64,000 nt of DNA from Thermoplasmatales archaeon (GTDB taxonomy: Archaea; Thermoplasmatota; Thermoplasmata; Thermoplasmatales; Thermoplasmataceae), in the NCBI GenBank assembly GCA_027310185.1, contig DAIDBH010000018.1, positions 64,001-128,000 of the forward strand, in the 5' to 3' direction. How positions within the stretch are numbered: position 1 is the stretch's first letter; each line of letters begins with the position of its first letter. Of the stretch, positions 63,018-64,000 are shown piece by piece. The notes under the pieces are model-generated. The model did no database searches and was not told the origin of the DNA. It was given only the letters and a program-made list of their open reading frames with translations. The translations under genes were made by a program, and so were the position numbers.

Positions 63018-63657
63018 CGATCTCTCCATTCTGAAAAATAACCGGGAAGGGAACAAGGTCCCTTTGAAGGCATAGTTCCACATCCTTCTTCCCACCTATC
63101 ATACTGAGTCTTTTCGTACCCTGGCCCTTCCTGGTCTGTTCGATATAATAATCAAACTGGTCCTTTCCTGTTTCCAGGTATGTCTTGACAAACATTCCAA
63201 AGTAATAATCCTCATCTGCATAGCCATCTGGCCTCCCGGAAAGAACTGCATCAATAGCATTGAAATTCTTAAGTAAGGGAAGGGTTGCAAACACATTGGC
63301 ATAGGAGCAGATAAATATCACTTCAGAATGCTTTATTTTATTCAGGACCTTGGTTCCATTTGTAGACGTGAAAATGATGGTTTTACCTTCCAGTTGAGTA
63401 TTCATAACCTCATATGGGGAATTGCTCATCTGGAATCCGGGAACTTTGAACCCATATCTCTCCCCGGCGATTATGTAATCAGGATGTTCACCCTTCATCT
63501 CCTTTGCAACTGAAACAGAGCTTACGGGGAGTATCCTGGTAGCACCCCTTTTCAACATAAGCGGCATAGTAGTGGTTGATCTGTATATATCTATGAGAAT
63601 CTTTGGGTTTTTAGAAAATAAATTTTCCTTTCTACCATTTACAATATTTACTTCCAC
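62998..63657 (-). CDS. 2-phosphosulfolactate phosphatase (ComB) family
   Basis: IDIYRSTTT, GER, SNSP, TSTNGT, ED; likely GTG start 63657. Confidence 0.88.
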   Translation of the reverse strand: MEVNIVNGRKENLFSKNPKILIDIYRSTTTMPLMLKRGATRILPVSSVSVAKEMKGEHPDYIIAGERYGFKVPGFQMSNSPYEVMNTQLEGKTIIFTSTNGTKVLNKIKHSEVIFICSYANVFATLPLLKNFNAIDAVLSGRPDGYADEDYYFGMFVKTYLETGKDQFDYYIEQTRKGQGTKRLSMIGGKKDVELCLQRDLVPFPVIFQNGEIVRKPQE

Positions 63658-63711
63658 ACATGGTAAAAGTAAAAAAGTATTAAAATGAAACACATATACC
63701 CTTTGATTATC

Positions 63712-64000
63712 ATGGCACAAGAAGTAAGAACAATGGTTGAAGGAGGCAAGGCGTCCACAGGACCACCTCTCGGTCCAGCCCTGGGACCTCTGGGACTTAA
63801 CCTGGGGCAGGTCGTCAAGGAAATTAATGAGAAAACCAAGGATTTCGCAGGAATGCAGGTTCCAATAATCCTGACTGTTACAGATGCAGCAAAGAAAACA
63901 TACGAGATCAAGGTAGGAGTCCCTCCAACATCAGCACTGCTGAAGAAGGAGCTTGGAATTCAGACAGCTTCTGGAAAGAGAAAGGAAGTAACCGCTGGAG
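63712..64000 (+). CDS. rpl11: 50S ribosomal protein L11, partial (runs off window end; absent from ORF track)
   Basis: [42 protein letters not shown]...[10 protein letters not shown]. Confidence 0.97.
   Translation, partial: MAQEVRTMVEGGKASTGPPLGPALGPLGLNLGQVVKEINEKTKDFAGMQVPIILTVTDAAKKTYEIKVGVPPTSALLKKELGIQTASGKRKEVTAG

Noticed and set aside
62998-63657. comB as evidence of coenzyme M synthesis
   Set aside because: ComB-family phosphatases are widespread; no other com genes are in the window

Overview
A 64-kb chromosomal window from an archaeon of the order Thermoplasmatales. The 16S 5' end, the stand-alone 16S gene, class I LysRS, EgsA and the HMGCS-thiolase-DUF35 operon support this; a Cuniculiplasma-like placement is a guess. 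Positions ~1-20,250 are an accessory region ending at tRNA-Val(GAC). It holds an M13 peptidase/ABC operon, a decaying sugar-use cluster (GH1 remnant fused at a deletion scar, AKR with a premature stop), an AT-rich patch of orphan membrane ORFs, and an MFS-Lrp-CMD-TDT-MFS module. The rest is mostly housekeeping. The most striking observations are: (i) a compensatory U1404-A1497 pair in the 16S decoding helix, where C-G is near-universal; (ii) a thiolase in the mevalonate operon lacking both the catalytic Cys and the GHP His; (iii) Spt5 with a ~135-aa extra N-terminal domain, coupled to an unknown gene; (iv) a zinc-ribbon N-terminus reachable only from an ATA/ATT codon; (v) a candidate C/D-box sRNA; (vi) small genes missed by the ORF track. 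No CRISPR array, integrase or intact transposase was seen. All calls come from reading motifs by eye; no database searches were run.
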